Positions 8,099 to 17,719 of a stretch of 64,000 nt of DNA are shown here, piece by piece. The translations under genes and the position numbers were made by a program. The first letter of the stretch is position 1; each line of letters begins with the position of its first letter. Origin of the DNA: a virus; the IMG/VR virus record IMGVR_UViG_3300025276_000029, positions 7,553 to 71,552 of that record; one strand, 5' to 3'. A model generated the notes under the pieces. That model had not been told where the DNA came from. It was given only the letters and a program-made list of their open reading frames with translations, and made no database searches.

Positions 8099-8719
8099 TT
8101 AAGATTGTCCGAATTTCGATTCTTCACATACTGGACATACTTCGTTTTCGTCACATTTACAAACAACGTTACTTGAGTGTTCTTCTAGTATAATCTTTTC
8201 ACTCTTGGGCGGTAGTTCTATCTCTTGACCTTTAATCTTTGTAGTGTTAGATTCTGTCGTATCAATTGGCCCATCTACTTTATCTTCAGGTTCATTATTA
8301 AGACTTTCTTTAACTTCATTAAATTCTATTTCTATATCTTCATTTAATGTAGGTAGTTTTTCTAATTCACTAAATCTAAACTTAAGTGTACTTAATTTTT
8401 TTAATGAACTTTTCTTAAAAACTTCTTGTAGTTCCTTTACTTTAACTTTAAATAGTTCTTCTTTATTTTCCTTTTCTATATTAATAGTGATAATACCTTC
8501 AACATACTCTAATAAGTCGTCAAAAGTTACTTTCTCTTTTTCAGTGTAAAACATGTAGTAGTTTTTACCTTCTTCGACTAGTTCTTTTCTGATTATATCA
8601 GATTCTGGCACCGTCCAACCATCTTTAAATACAGCGTCTACGACCTGTAGACCTTGAATGTACCTAATACCTACAATGTAGGGTTGTAGTGAGTCTAGTT
8701 TGTTTTGTATTTCGCTCAT
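8099..8719 (-). CDS. Hypothetical protein with C-terminal Cys cluster
   Basis: CKCDENEVCPVC near the C-terminus. Confidence 0.8.
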   Translation of the reverse strand: MSEIQNKLDSLQPYIVGIRYIQGLQVVDAVFKDGWTVPESDIIRKELVEEGKNYYMFYTEKEKVTFDDLLEYVEGIITINIEKENKEELFKVKVKELQEVFKKSSLKKLSTLKFRFSELEKLPTLNEDIEIEFNEVKESLNNEPEDKVDGPIDTTESNTTKIKGQEIELPPKSEKIILEEHSSNVVCKCDENEVCPVCEESKFGQS

Positions 8720-8731
8720 AAAACTTTATTA

Positions 8732-8944
8732 TTACATATAAACACCACTAATTATTGATGTTAGTATATATGAAATGGACATACTCAATATCCATAATGA
8801 ACTGTCGTCTATTTTGTACTTTTGAGGGTTGTCGGAATCTGACTTAACCCATGCTTGTCCAAAATAATATAAATGTCTAGTCACATTAAGTGAAGACATC
8901 ATTAAGACTATTAACAGTAGTTTGTTGAGTATATCCATCCACAT
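8732..8944 (-). CDS. Small two-TM membrane protein
   Basis: Two hydrophobic segments. Confidence 0.65.
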   Translation of the reverse strand: MWMDILNKLLLIVLMMSSLNVTRHLYYFGQAWVKSDSDNPQKYKIDDSSLWILSMSISYILTSIISGVYM

Positions 8945-8951
8945 AATATTA

Positions 8952-9125
8952 TTAGGCGTTTTTCTTTGCAGAAATTTCTTTTCTTAGTTCTTGCGCTACA
9001 TTTTTTATTTCTTGTAACCCTTGTCTAACTCTAGTACCTGCAGCTTTATTCCCTTTTTCATCGAACTTCTGAACATCTTCATTAAGACCTTCTAGAATAG
9101 CTTTCATGTTTTCAAATTTTTCCAT
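8952..9125 (-). CDS. Histone H1-like (Hc1-family) small DNA-binding protein, not in ORF track
   Basis: MEKFENMKAILEGLNEDVQKFDEKGNKAAGTRVRQGLQEIKNVAQELRKEISAKKNA*; GNKAAGTRxR signature. Confidence 0.9.
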   Translation of the reverse strand: MEKFENMKAILEGLNEDVQKFDEKGNKAAGTRVRQGLQEIKNVAQELRKEISAKKNA

Positions 9126-9142
9126 TTTTTCGTTTTTTTTTA

Positions 9143-9355
9143 TTATTCGTTATTATTTGATTCATCCGTAGTGATATATTTAATCCACGTATCAATCATA
9201 TTGTTTGTTGTAACAATTTTTTTTAATTCATCTTTTATCTTACTAACTTTCGTTTCAGACGTGTATTCATTGTTATTGATGATACTCTGTAAGTTTTCTT
9301 CAGATTTTAATTTATCTAAAGTTAATTCAGTAGTAACTATTTCCATTAGTCTCAT
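9143..9355 (-). CDS. Hypothetical protein
   Basis: 70-aa ORF after promoter TTGATT-N17-TATATTTG (9391..9361). Confidence 0.65.
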   Translation of the reverse strand: MRLMEIVTTELTLDKLKSEENLQSIINNNEYTSETKVSKIKDELKKIVTTNNMIDTWIKYITTDESNNNE

Positions 9356-9393
9356 AGATACAAATATAGGACTATATTATTATAAAATCAAGT

Positions 9394-9885
9394 CTAAATG
9401 ATGTTTTTCTGTCCTTTTTTTAAAGATTTGTCTAAAATAGTATAAACTTCTATGAAATTATCGACATCAGAACGAGTCTTGATGGTTTCATAAGAAAATA
9501 ACTTAAACCACAATATACTTATAGTGGATGGTATGTGTGGCTTAGTTTCTTTGTTGGGTATAGAGTAATATACTTCATACATGAATTCTAAAAAGTAATC
9601 ATATGCTTCTTTAGATTGGCTAAAGTTTATACCTTCATCTTTAAAGTTCTTTAAGTTTTTATCCCAACACCATTTAAAATGGCTTACTTTATCAACCTCT
9701 TGTGTTATTTCGTCACCCAAGTATGTATCAAACACAATAGCCAATAATGATTGTATGAAATCTCCGTATAATTGTGAGCGCTCATGTTTTATATTATTAG
9801 CACTTAATAATACAACTATACTGTTTTCACTTAATGGTGTTCTAATATAACTCAAGAATTCTATTTTTTTATTGGCATTATTCAT
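9394..9885 (-). CDS. Hypothetical protein
   Basis: 163-aa ORF. Confidence 0.8.
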   Translation of the reverse strand: MNNANKKIEFLSYIRTPLSENSIVVLLSANNIKHERSQLYGDFIQSLLAIVFDTYLGDEITQEVDKVSHFKWCWDKNLKNFKDEGINFSQSKEAYDYFLEFMYEVYYSIPNKETKPHIPSTISILWFKLFSYETIKTRSDVDNFIEVYTILDKSLKKGQKNII

Positions 9886-9924
9886 TATGTCACTAATATA
9901 ATGAATATTATATAATAATAAATA

Positions 9925-10599
9925 TTACTTATCTAAATCTGGGTTTTTTATAATGTTTTCATTACCTTCATATGGTATGTACTTACCACCACCTAAAAAT
10001 ATTAGATTTTGCTTTCTATTTTTACCGTCTGGTCTATAAGAAACGTGAATCCAACCTGAATAACCATTTACTGGTTTTTCATATATTAACTGGTCGTAAT
10101 CTAAGTTCTCTCTAATCCAATCACCCATTTCTGTATTATTGAATTTATTAATTCCTTTTCTCCAGTAGTAATCATCAATATCCATTGCTGAACCGTAACT
10201 ACGCTTGCTAGGGTCTAAACCTACGCAATGTTGTGAGGTTTTTGACCCACCTATAGCTTTATTTAATTCTGGTCCTCTAAACACCGAGTTTATCTTTATA
10301 GGTGCGTCTGTATGTTCTCTTAGTTTGTCAAAAACATTGATACATACCTCTTTAATTAATTCTAGTTGGTCATTAGTTGGTGTATTATCCAAACCTCTAC
10401 TAATTGCTGTATTACTGTGTGTTACTTCAGCTAACGAAACATACTTTGAAACTTTTCCCATGTCTTTATCTTTTTTATTATCTATTATTATTTTTTCTTC
10501 CTTCGGTTCCACAATTTGTGGTTCTAGGTCATTATTAACCGTTTCAGTTTTTTTTGTTTTGAATAGGTTAACTAATAATTTTATTATCTTATATAACAT
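9925..10599 (-). CDS. Peptidase M15-family endolysin candidate
   Basis: INSVFR.PELNKAIGGSKTSQH, AMDID and WIHVSY zinc-peptidase motifs. Confidence 0.88.
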   Translation of the reverse strand: MLYKIIKLLVNLFKTKKTETVNNDLEPQIVEPKEEKIIIDNKKDKDMGKVSKYVSLAEVTHSNTAISRGLDNTPTNDQLELIKEVCINVFDKLREHTDAPIKINSVFRGPELNKAIGGSKTSQHCVGLDPSKRSYGSAMDIDDYYWRKGINKFNNTEMGDWIRENLDYDQLIYEKPVNGYSGWIHVSYRPDGKNRKQNLIFLGGGKYIPYEGNENIIKNPDLDK

Positions 10600-10625
10600 C
10601 TTATTAATAAATATCTGTAAAAAAT

Positions 10626-10658
10626 AAAAAACCCTCCTTATTAGGGGAGGGGTTTTTT
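10626..10658. terminator. Probable bidirectional terminator
   Basis: AAAAAACCCTCC...GGAGGGGTTTTTT. Confidence 0.7.
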
Positions 10659-10678
10659 AATAACTTATTATTCGTGTA

Positions 10679-10720
10679 TTACATTCCGTTTAATTGTTTT
10701 TTGAATTTAAGTCGTTTCAT
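10679..10720 (-). pseudogene. Truncated third copy of the MKRxxFK domain start
   Basis: MKRLKFKKQLNGM* versus MKRIKFKNPFNGI and MKRLVFKKEFKGI in the two upstream genes. Confidence 0.65.
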
Positions 10721-10764
10721 AATTTATAATAAAATTTTAATGAGTTTTTATTTTAAGCCGCTAA

Positions 10765-12579
10765 TTATCCCCAGTCTTCATATTCCTCTTCACCTCTATA
10801 TTTAATCTTACCATTACCTAATGGTTCAAAGTAGTACTCCATTTGTTCATCACTATCAATAAGTATAATTCCAAAATTTGGGTCCTTCTTTAACTTACGT
10901 GCTTTATCAGCACTTTTATAAACTTTTAAATCTTTTATTGTTGAGATTTGTGATATTTCATGCCCAACTTCTTCGTTGTCATAAAAACTCTCAGTAACTT
11001 CTTCTTCAATATCATCATCTTCATGCATACCTTCAAATACTTCGTCAAATCTATCCTTATACAAGTCTCTTTCTATTTCAGATTCTTCGTCTGGTTTCAT
11101 GTTAGCAAGTTGTTTTTCTATCTCATCATTACCTGCTTGCCTTAAGGCATGGTTTCTTGGTTTACCTTTCGACTCACCCTTAGTTAAGTGGCTACCTTTT
11201 AGCCCTCTCTCACCACCCATTCCTGACCTAGCAGTTCCAGGTTTTATTGCGTTAGCTTCATCAACACCTAATATGGCAGCTTGTAATTCGTCAGGTAGTT
11301 CATCTTGACCTCCTGTTAATTTATCATTATCATTATATTCATCTGTGAATGTAGCTTCGTCCACTTTAAACCCTTTTTGGTCTTCAGCACCTTCATCTCC
11401 TTCCGCTGCACCACCAGAATCAATAGCTTTATCAATTTCCTTCACTAGCATCTCTAGTTTCATTATAACAGCTGGTGAGTATGCGTTTGATTTCCCAGCT
11501 AGTTTTTTTATGATATCTAAAAGTTGAGTAGTAACTATCCTTTCTTTTGGTTTAAAGTCAGCTTTGGATATTGTATTTCCGTATTCCTTAAACTTTTTAC
11601 CAATTGCACCTTTTGAAAGTGCCCCTAATTCTTCTTCTTCTTCTTTTATATGAACTTCATTTTGGTTCATGATGTCAAAGTCGTTTTTGGTGATTTTACC
11701 ATCATTGTTTAAATCAATATGTTTTTTTTGTTTATCAGTTAACTCTTTTTCATTAAGTGAGTTGTTTGATTCGTAGCGTCTTGTAGCTTCAACATATGTG
11801 CGATGAATCTTCTTAGCTGTGTCGATATCAATATTATCCCTTTCTAGTATATCTTTTCTGAATATAACACCCATCTCCTCTCTAAATATATGCTCGAAGT
11901 GGCTTCCTAACCATTTTACCGCCTTTTTGGATTCTTTATATTCATCATGTTCTGCAGGTGAGTGGCGTTTAGTGATAGAACCTTGGTCTCTTTCTAAATC
12001 ACTTCTATGAGTAAAATTATCTAGAGCATCTTCATACGGTGCTTTTGCTTTCGCCATTTTAGTCATACTATATTTAAATGTATCTTCGAACCAATCATAC
12101 GCACCAAGTTCTTTTGCAACCCTACCTGCATCACCAAGAGAGTGTCTTAATATTGGTTCCCATTTAACCGCCCATGAAGAGTTATCTTCCTCGTCATCAT
12201 CATAACCATTTTTCTTCTCTAGTTCTGCATCTTGGTCGTATTCCGTTTGATACTCCTTAATAAGACCCTTTGATTTACCAAGAATATCATTAAACTTCTT
12301 ATTTTCATCAAGTCTTGCGGCACCCTTAACTGTACCAAGTGTATCTTGTGATTTGAAACCCATTAAGTGTTTCATCTTTCGCATATCTTCATTAATTTGA
12401 GACTTGTTGCCAGATGTAAGTGCTGTAGCTTCGTTTATAGATGATTCCCACTTAAGTCTATAAGTTTCGTTACCATCAGTCATTTCAAACTCGTGACCAT
12501 CAGTCTTGTAGGACTCTGGAATAAGTTTCTTTGCATTGTCTATCCCGTTGAATGGGTTCTTGAATTTGATTCTCTTCAT
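10765..12579 (-). CDS. Acidic putative internal head protein with duplicated N-terminal domain and an EF-hand-like loop
   Basis: Domain shared with 12617..14068; DLNNDGKITKNDF loop; many [ILV]xE motifs. Confidence 0.7.
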   Translation of the reverse strand: MKRIKFKNPFNGIDNAKKLIPESYKTDGHEFEMTDGNETYRLKWESSINEATALTSGNKSQINEDMRKMKHLMGFKSQDTLGTVKGAARLDENKKFNDILGKSKGLIKEYQTEYDQDAELEKKNGYDDDEEDNSSWAVKWEPILRHSLGDAGRVAKELGAYDWFEDTFKYSMTKMAKAKAPYEDALDNFTHRSDLERDQGSITKRHSPAEHDEYKESKKAVKWLGSHFEHIFREEMGVIFRKDILERDNIDIDTAKKIHRTYVEATRRYESNNSLNEKELTDKQKKHIDLNNDGKITKNDFDIMNQNEVHIKEEEEELGALSKGAIGKKFKEYGNTISKADFKPKERIVTTQLLDIIKKLAGKSNAYSPAVIMKLEMLVKEIDKAIDSGGAAEGDEGAEDQKGFKVDEATFTDEYNDNDKLTGGQDELPDELQAAILGVDEANAIKPGTARSGMGGERGLKGSHLTKGESKGKPRNHALRQAGNDEIEKQLANMKPDEESEIERDLYKDRFDEVFEGMHEDDDIEEEVTESFYDNEEVGHEISQISTIKDLKVYKSADKARKLKKDPNFGIILIDSDEQMEYYFEPLGNGKIKYRGEEEYEDWG

Positions 12580-12616
12580 CGTTTGTATTTATTTTTAGTT
12601 TTTTACACTTAATTTA

Positions 12617-14068
12617 TTAATTAGTCCATTCTGGGAATTTTTTACCCATCACTATACTAAAATAGTCGTAATAATCGGTAATTAGTTGATTGAATCTATC
12701 GTGTTCTTCTTGGGACTCTACGCTGGTCTCTCCGTCATTCATAATCGTATCTAACATATCGTCTAACATATCAGATGGGTCCATACCGTACTTAGTCGCA
12801 ACCGCTGTAACTCGTTTTAAAAAGTTATTAGGTAATGATGCGATTACCGACTTAATAAAGGCCATGTCATCTTCACTTGGTAGTGCCATTTTGGGTTTTT
12901 TAGACTTTTTTTTAGCTTCGTCTAAATCTAAGTCACCTGGAAATTCTAAGTTTGGGTCTATATCTTCTAATTCTCTATCATCATATTCACCTCTTTTTGG
13001 GTTACGAAGACTATTAGGTGCTTGATGTGCATCAGGGAAAGATACGTTGTCGTCGTAATATTTGTTTTCACCATCATCATAATCATCAAATCTACCATCT
13101 TTATCTGGGTTAGTTACAATATCATCCCAACTACTTTTAAATCCTTGCATACCTCCAGCAACTGGACCTTCACTTAATAAGTTCTTAGTCTTGTTAAGTA
13201 CATCGTTAAATCTTGCATTTTCATCAAGTCTTGCAGAACCCTTAACAGTACCAAGAGTTTCTTTAGAAGAATAACCCATAAGGTGCTTCATCTTTTGCAT
13301 GTCTTCACTCATAAGATTCTTATCTGAAGCTTTTAGGACAACCGCTCTACCTTCTGTTAAGCTTCCTTCCCATTTGATTTCATATTTCTCATTACCATCA
13401 GTCATGTGAAATTGTTTTCCATTAACCTTATAAGATTCTGGAATAACATTAAGTGCGTTTTCTATACCCTTAAATTCTTTTTTAAATACAAGTCTTTTCA
13501 TTTTACTTTTTTTGTTAATTTTATTTTCTGATAATGCTATTGATTTAGAATCTTCATTACTCATTGAGCTATCCTTAATATCAGCACCACTAACTGTAGT
13601 TTTTGGACCTCTTACAGTTTCAGCGTCATCTCTCTTTTTCTTAGATGCTTTAATAGTCTTTACAAGATTCTCACCGAACTTTTCTCCAGTGAATCCAGCT
13701 TGGTCTGCTGTAACTACATTTGCGTAGTCTGGGGAGTTACCCATTCTTGCTGAACCAGCTATAGCTTCCTCAGCTCTTTTTTTGAATATTTCACTAGGTT
13801 CGTTCCCGTACTCAGCCATTTCTTGACCATTCATAATTTCCATTTGGTCATGGTACTCTTTTTCTTTGCTAGTATATTCGTTTTTAACAGGTTTGGAGTC
13901 GTCTTTCAATGGCTTGTCGTAGTCTTTCATTTGTTTAGCAACATCTTTATTTGCAGCCTTATTTGTTTTTCCAGACTCATCTCGTATCTTTTTAGTTTTA
14001 GTTAAACCTGGCGCCTCGCTCTCTTCCTTTAACACTATTAAGTGTTTTTTGATTATATCTTTGTTCAT
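12617..14068 (-). CDS. Putative internal head protein (paralog)
   Basis: MNKDIIKKHLIVLKEE leader; internal IPESYK..MTDGNE.Y..KWE domain; ATATTTATA motif upstream. Confidence 0.7.
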   Translation of the reverse strand: MNKDIIKKHLIVLKEESEAPGLTKTKKIRDESGKTNKAANKDVAKQMKDYDKPLKDDSKPVKNEYTSKEKEYHDQMEIMNGQEMAEYGNEPSEIFKKRAEEAIAGSARMGNSPDYANVVTADQAGFTGEKFGENLVKTIKASKKKRDDAETVRGPKTTVSGADIKDSSMSNEDSKSIALSENKINKKSKMKRLVFKKEFKGIENALNVIPESYKVNGKQFHMTDGNEKYEIKWEGSLTEGRAVVLKASDKNLMSEDMQKMKHLMGYSSKETLGTVKGSARLDENARFNDVLNKTKNLLSEGPVAGGMQGFKSSWDDIVTNPDKDGRFDDYDDGENKYYDDNVSFPDAHQAPNSLRNPKRGEYDDRELEDIDPNLEFPGDLDLDEAKKKSKKPKMALPSEDDMAFIKSVIASLPNNFLKRVTAVATKYGMDPSDMLDDMLDTIMNDGETSVESQEEHDRFNQLITDYYDYFSIVMGKKFPEWTN

Positions 14069-14115
14069 AGTATTCTTATTTATATATATAAATATCTTAT
14101 TTTTACTTAAAGTTC

Positions 14116-15840
14116 TTATTTACTTATTTCAATTGCATCAGGCCCTTGGTCACAATACGGGAACTCAGAACACTTTTCTTTTACTTTAACTTCTTTACCT
14201 CCAGCTATTGTAGGTTTTTTCCATGTTGGACCTGTACCTTTTGGTGTGTCACCAGTCATGTCTGGATTAGAAAAACCTGGTGTATCATATTGCCCAGAAT
14301 TTTGAATCCCTTCTTCATTAATTTCGATAGCTTCACCTGATTTTTCTTTTTCTATCTTTTCGTACATTCTTTTTATATAAGACAATATGTTATAAACACC
14401 CTTAACGTGTTCTTTGTATTGGTTATATACTTCAGGCTCATGTGCGTTATCAGCGTATTTAATTAGATTCTCAATCATCTTTGGAAACTTGCGTTTAAGT
14501 GATGGTAAAGTTTTATTAATTACATTATCTTCTGTATCGTCATGATTAACTACAGAGGCTGCTAATTCATTTAGCTCAGTTTCATTTTTTAATATTTCAT
14601 CTGGGGCTACTGAATCCATGTTTATAATTTCTAATGCACCGACAACCGCCTTTCGTAATGGATTATCTACCTTTATTTCGACATCGTCACTGATTAATGA
14701 AGTCACAACATTTGACCCTTCCCGATGTATAGGTTCAAGTAAAGGGGCAACAACAGGACCTGAACTACCACCAGTACTAGCGGAGCCAGCTACAGTTGCT
14801 TCATCAACATCTTGTTCATTTTTAAACATACCTGGGTCACTGGTTGCTAAGTTAGCCATACCATTTTTAAATTCATCCCTAGCTTTAAGGTATACTGGGT
14901 TTATTATGTCTACATCTAAAAATCTATTTTCAGGTGTTAATTTAAATATTGGCTCTTCATTAAATTTCTTTTTAAATACATCTACGTACCCAAACACCCA
15001 CTTATTATCTACTCTTAAGTATTCATGTTCACTCCCTGTAATGTCATCATGACTCATGATTATTCTAGTTGCGTCCATTCTCCCAATACCAGGGAATTTA
15101 ACTTTTTTAACGCTTGTTGGTTCGTCTAGTGATGTCTCTTTTAGTTGAGATATTGGTGCGTATCTAAGTATATCAAGCCCTACGATACCCTCTGGAGTTT
15201 CTACTTCTTCTTCTCTAAGTGCTTCTTGCCCTAGTGTTTTGTAAAATCTCCAAGCTTCTTTATATTTACCTTTTTCGTAATATAATCTAATTGTATTATT
15301 TGTTACTTTATTGATATCAACATTTTTATCAAAAATAGTTTTGAACGTATCTTCTATGGTTTCATGACTATTTGATAGGTCAGCGTCAAGAGCCTCCTCC
15401 ATGGTATTCATAGCATTGTATTCGTTACCACCTTCATACATTTCGTGAAGACCCATAGATATTATTTCTTTTACTATGTTTTTATCACCTTTAAATTTTT
15501 CTTTAACTAGTCTTCCGTTGTTGATTAAACCAGAAACTTCCATTATTTTATGTAGTTTTTCATATACAAGTTCAGAACCTTCATTCATACCATATAATTC
15601 ATTAATGAATTTTTCATATAGTTCTTCTAGTTTTATCTTTGTATTTTTAAATTCATTTCTAGAGTTACCCTTAAATGCGGTGTTAAATGAGTGGTCTACT
15701 GCTGATGGTCCTGCCCCTTCTACAAGTCTTTCTGACTCTATAATTCTGTTATACTGTTCTTTAGTTACCTTAAGAACTTTGGTTTTACCGAGCTCTTGTA
15801 ACATGTTAGCCTGTTGCTCACTTATCCTTATCTTTTTCAT
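14116..15840 (-). CDS. Acidic putative internal head protein
   Basis: MKKIRISEQQ leader; [ILV]xE motifs; C-terminal KCSEFPYCDQG motif. Confidence 0.7.
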   Translation of the reverse strand: MKKIRISEQQANMLQELGKTKVLKVTKEQYNRIIESERLVEGAGPSAVDHSFNTAFKGNSRNEFKNTKIKLEELYEKFINELYGMNEGSELVYEKLHKIMEVSGLINNGRLVKEKFKGDKNIVKEIISMGLHEMYEGGNEYNAMNTMEEALDADLSNSHETIEDTFKTIFDKNVDINKVTNNTIRLYYEKGKYKEAWRFYKTLGQEALREEEVETPEGIVGLDILRYAPISQLKETSLDEPTSVKKVKFPGIGRMDATRIIMSHDDITGSEHEYLRVDNKWVFGYVDVFKKKFNEEPIFKLTPENRFLDVDIINPVYLKARDEFKNGMANLATSDPGMFKNEQDVDEATVAGSASTGGSSGPVVAPLLEPIHREGSNVVTSLISDDVEIKVDNPLRKAVVGALEIINMDSVAPDEILKNETELNELAASVVNHDDTEDNVINKTLPSLKRKFPKMIENLIKYADNAHEPEVYNQYKEHVKGVYNILSYIKRMYEKIEKEKSGEAIEINEEGIQNSGQYDTPGFSNPDMTGDTPKGTGPTWKKPTIAGGKEVKVKEKCSEFPYCDQGPDAIEISK

Positions 15841-15841
15841 A

Positions 15842-16096
15842 TTAGTTACCCTTATTTGATAGCATGGTTTTCCATACTGACCTCTTTACCCAAAGAGCCT
15901 TATATAATTGTGTTAGAACATTTTTGGTAATATCTACAACCTTATCTTCTAACGCTTTTTCATTCTTTATTCTATCTTTAACTATTTTTTCAACCTTAGA
16001 CTTGAATTCGCTGGAATTCATGTATTTACTGATTTCACTTTTAGCGTCGCTCTTAGTGAATTCTTCATTAAGTCTTTTTTTGATTATGTCTTTCAT
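15842..16096 (-). CDS. Small basic protein (MKDIIKKRLNEE leader)
   Basis: Start reassigned to ATG 16096, just after the GATATTTATA motif (16121..16112). Confidence 0.75.
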   Translation of the reverse strand: MKDIIKKRLNEEFTKSDAKSEISKYMNSSEFKSKVEKIVKDRIKNEKALEDKVVDITKNVLTQLYKALWVKRSVWKTMLSNKGN

Positions 16097-16131
16097 AAAA
16101 ATAGTGTTTATTATAAATATCGAAAAATAAT

Positions 16132-16157
16132 AAAAAAACCCCATTGCTGAGGTTTAT
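16132..16157 (-). terminator. Intrinsic terminator
   Basis: AAACCTC-agcaat-GGGGTTT followed by a T-run. Confidence 0.65.
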
Positions 16158-16435
16158 TTATTTTCTTTGTAGAATGTTATAAGTTTCTTGATTATATAGA
16201 CATCATTAGTGGAGTTAAATATGTCCTTATCTTCTATAGACTTGACTAAATCATCCATAGTGGTTGTGTTGTAGTCAATCGGTTTATGTTTAGAACGTTT
16301 GGTGTTAATTGGGTTTTTCTTGCCTGTCAACTCCTCGTATAGTGGGTTTAATTCCCCAGTGTAAGGGTCATGTGTTGGTATAGACTTACTTTCTTTTGAT
16401 TTTTTAAGGAAATTATGCATATGATTACTACCCAT
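16154..16435 (-). CDS. Hypothetical protein
   Basis: 93-aa ORF; DPYTGELNPLYEELTGKKNP motif. Confidence 0.7.
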   Translation of the reverse strand: MGSNHMHNFLKKSKESKSIPTHDPYTGELNPLYEELTGKKNPINTKRSKHKPIDYNTTTMDDLVKSIEDKDIFNSTNDVYIIKKLITFYKENK

Positions 16436-16436
16436 T

Positions 16437-16910
16437 TTAATTAGCTAAAAATAATAGTAGTATTGGTAATACAATTGCACCTACAACAGCAACCGACTTG
16501 TAAAATTTTTGTTTTTTAATCTCTTTCTTTTGGATTAATATAATTTCATCCTTTAATATAATTTCATCATCTTTATTAGTGACGATTTTATTTAAATTTT
16601 TAATAATGATATCAAAATTATCATTACTAAGTGAAAGTTTTAGAATTGTTTCTTTCTGTATTACGATTGAATTCGTATTTAGACTATCACGACCTTTGTA
16701 TACTACTAGTAAGCTATCTGAATATTCGTAATGTAATATATCTTCTAGAAGTACCCTGGCATCGTGATGACTCATTATAACTAACGTATCACCTTTTTGT
16801 GTAACAAATGTTTTAACTCTTTTATCTCCTATTGAGATAGTCTGCGAGCTCACTGGCAACACCATCAGCATTAAGAGTGTTAACGTAACCAGAAACTTTA
16901 CCTTTATCAT
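16437..16910 (-). CDS. Secreted coiled-coil protein with C-terminal anchor (spanin-like candidate)
   Basis: Signal peptide ending VSS-Q, coiled coil, C-terminal hydrophobic segment; overlaps the upstream gene by 89 nt. Confidence 0.55.
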   Translation of the reverse strand: MIKVKFLVTLTLLMLMVLPVSSQTISIGDKRVKTFVTQKGDTLVIMSHHDARVLLEDILHYEYSDSLLVVYKGRDSLNTNSIVIQKETILKLSLSNDNFDIIIKNLNKIVTNKDDEIILKDEIILIQKKEIKKQKFYKSVAVVGAIVLPILLLFLAN

Positions 16911-17172
16911 TTTCTAAATCTTTTAGTTTTTCCTCAGTGTTAGCTAATGCTACTTGAGTACTGTCAAAATTACTTATTAGTCTATTTATTTCAATATTAA
17001 GTAATTCGTTATTATTTAATATACTATCATTATTTAATATCAACCCCTTATTAACACCCTTAAGATTATTTATCTCATTTTCATATGTACTAATATCTTT
17101 TGATGGTCTAAAAATAAAACTTAATACTAAGGCTGTACCTAATACTAATATAAAAATACTCTTATTATCCAT
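16822..17172 (-). CDS. Inner-membrane spanin-like protein
   Basis: Start MDNKS at 17172; N-terminal TM helix plus coiled coil. Confidence 0.55.
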   Translation of the reverse strand: MDNKSIFILVLGTALVLSFIFRPSKDISTYENEINNLKGVNKGLILNNDSILNNNELLNIEINRLISNFDSTQVALANTEEKLKDLENDKGKVSGYVNTLNADGVASELADYLNRR

Positions 17173-17173
17173 A

Positions 17174-17719
17174 TTAATCTTTTTTTGTATATTCACCAAT
17201 TTTACCACCCCAGTCATCTCTCCAGTTAATATAGTAAGCACTTAACTTATCTAAGATGGTTTTGAGTTCTTCCGTTAAGTTAACGTTTGACGCATTAATA
17301 AATAATCCGTCATTCTTTGAGAATTGCCACTCTAGGTCTGTATTTTGAAGTTCACCGCTCATGGTGACATTACCATTATCTTCTTGAATCTCAAATGTTT
17401 TTACACTTACCATTTGACTAACCTGACTAGTTATGTTGGATATTTCTTCTTTAGCTTCTGGTGTATCTAAGCCATTGTCTTGGATTTCTTCTTCTTCAGC
17501 TTCAGCACTATTATCAACCTCTACTTCTTCGACGTCAATATTTGATTTAGCTTGGTCACCACTTATAGGTGCTTGTGATGTAGCGCTTTCAAACCCAGAA
17601 TTCATATCGCCACCTTCGTTTTCGTTAAGTCTTTTCATATGGTTAGATGACTTAGCTCTAATCGCTTCTAACATTAATTTTGTAAAGTCGTGTTCGTTTT
17701 CGTTATCCATGTTGTTCAT
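17174..17719 (-). CDS. Acidic hypothetical protein
   Basis: 181-aa ORF in operon. Confidence 0.75.
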   Translation of the reverse strand: MNNMDNENEHDFTKLMLEAIRAKSSNHMKRLNENEGGDMNSGFESATSQAPISGDQAKSNIDVEEVEVDNSAEAEEEEIQDNGLDTPEAKEEISNITSQVSQMVSVKTFEIQEDNGNVTMSGELQNTDLEWQFSKNDGLFINASNVNLTEELKTILDKLSAYYINWRDDWGGKIGEYTKKD

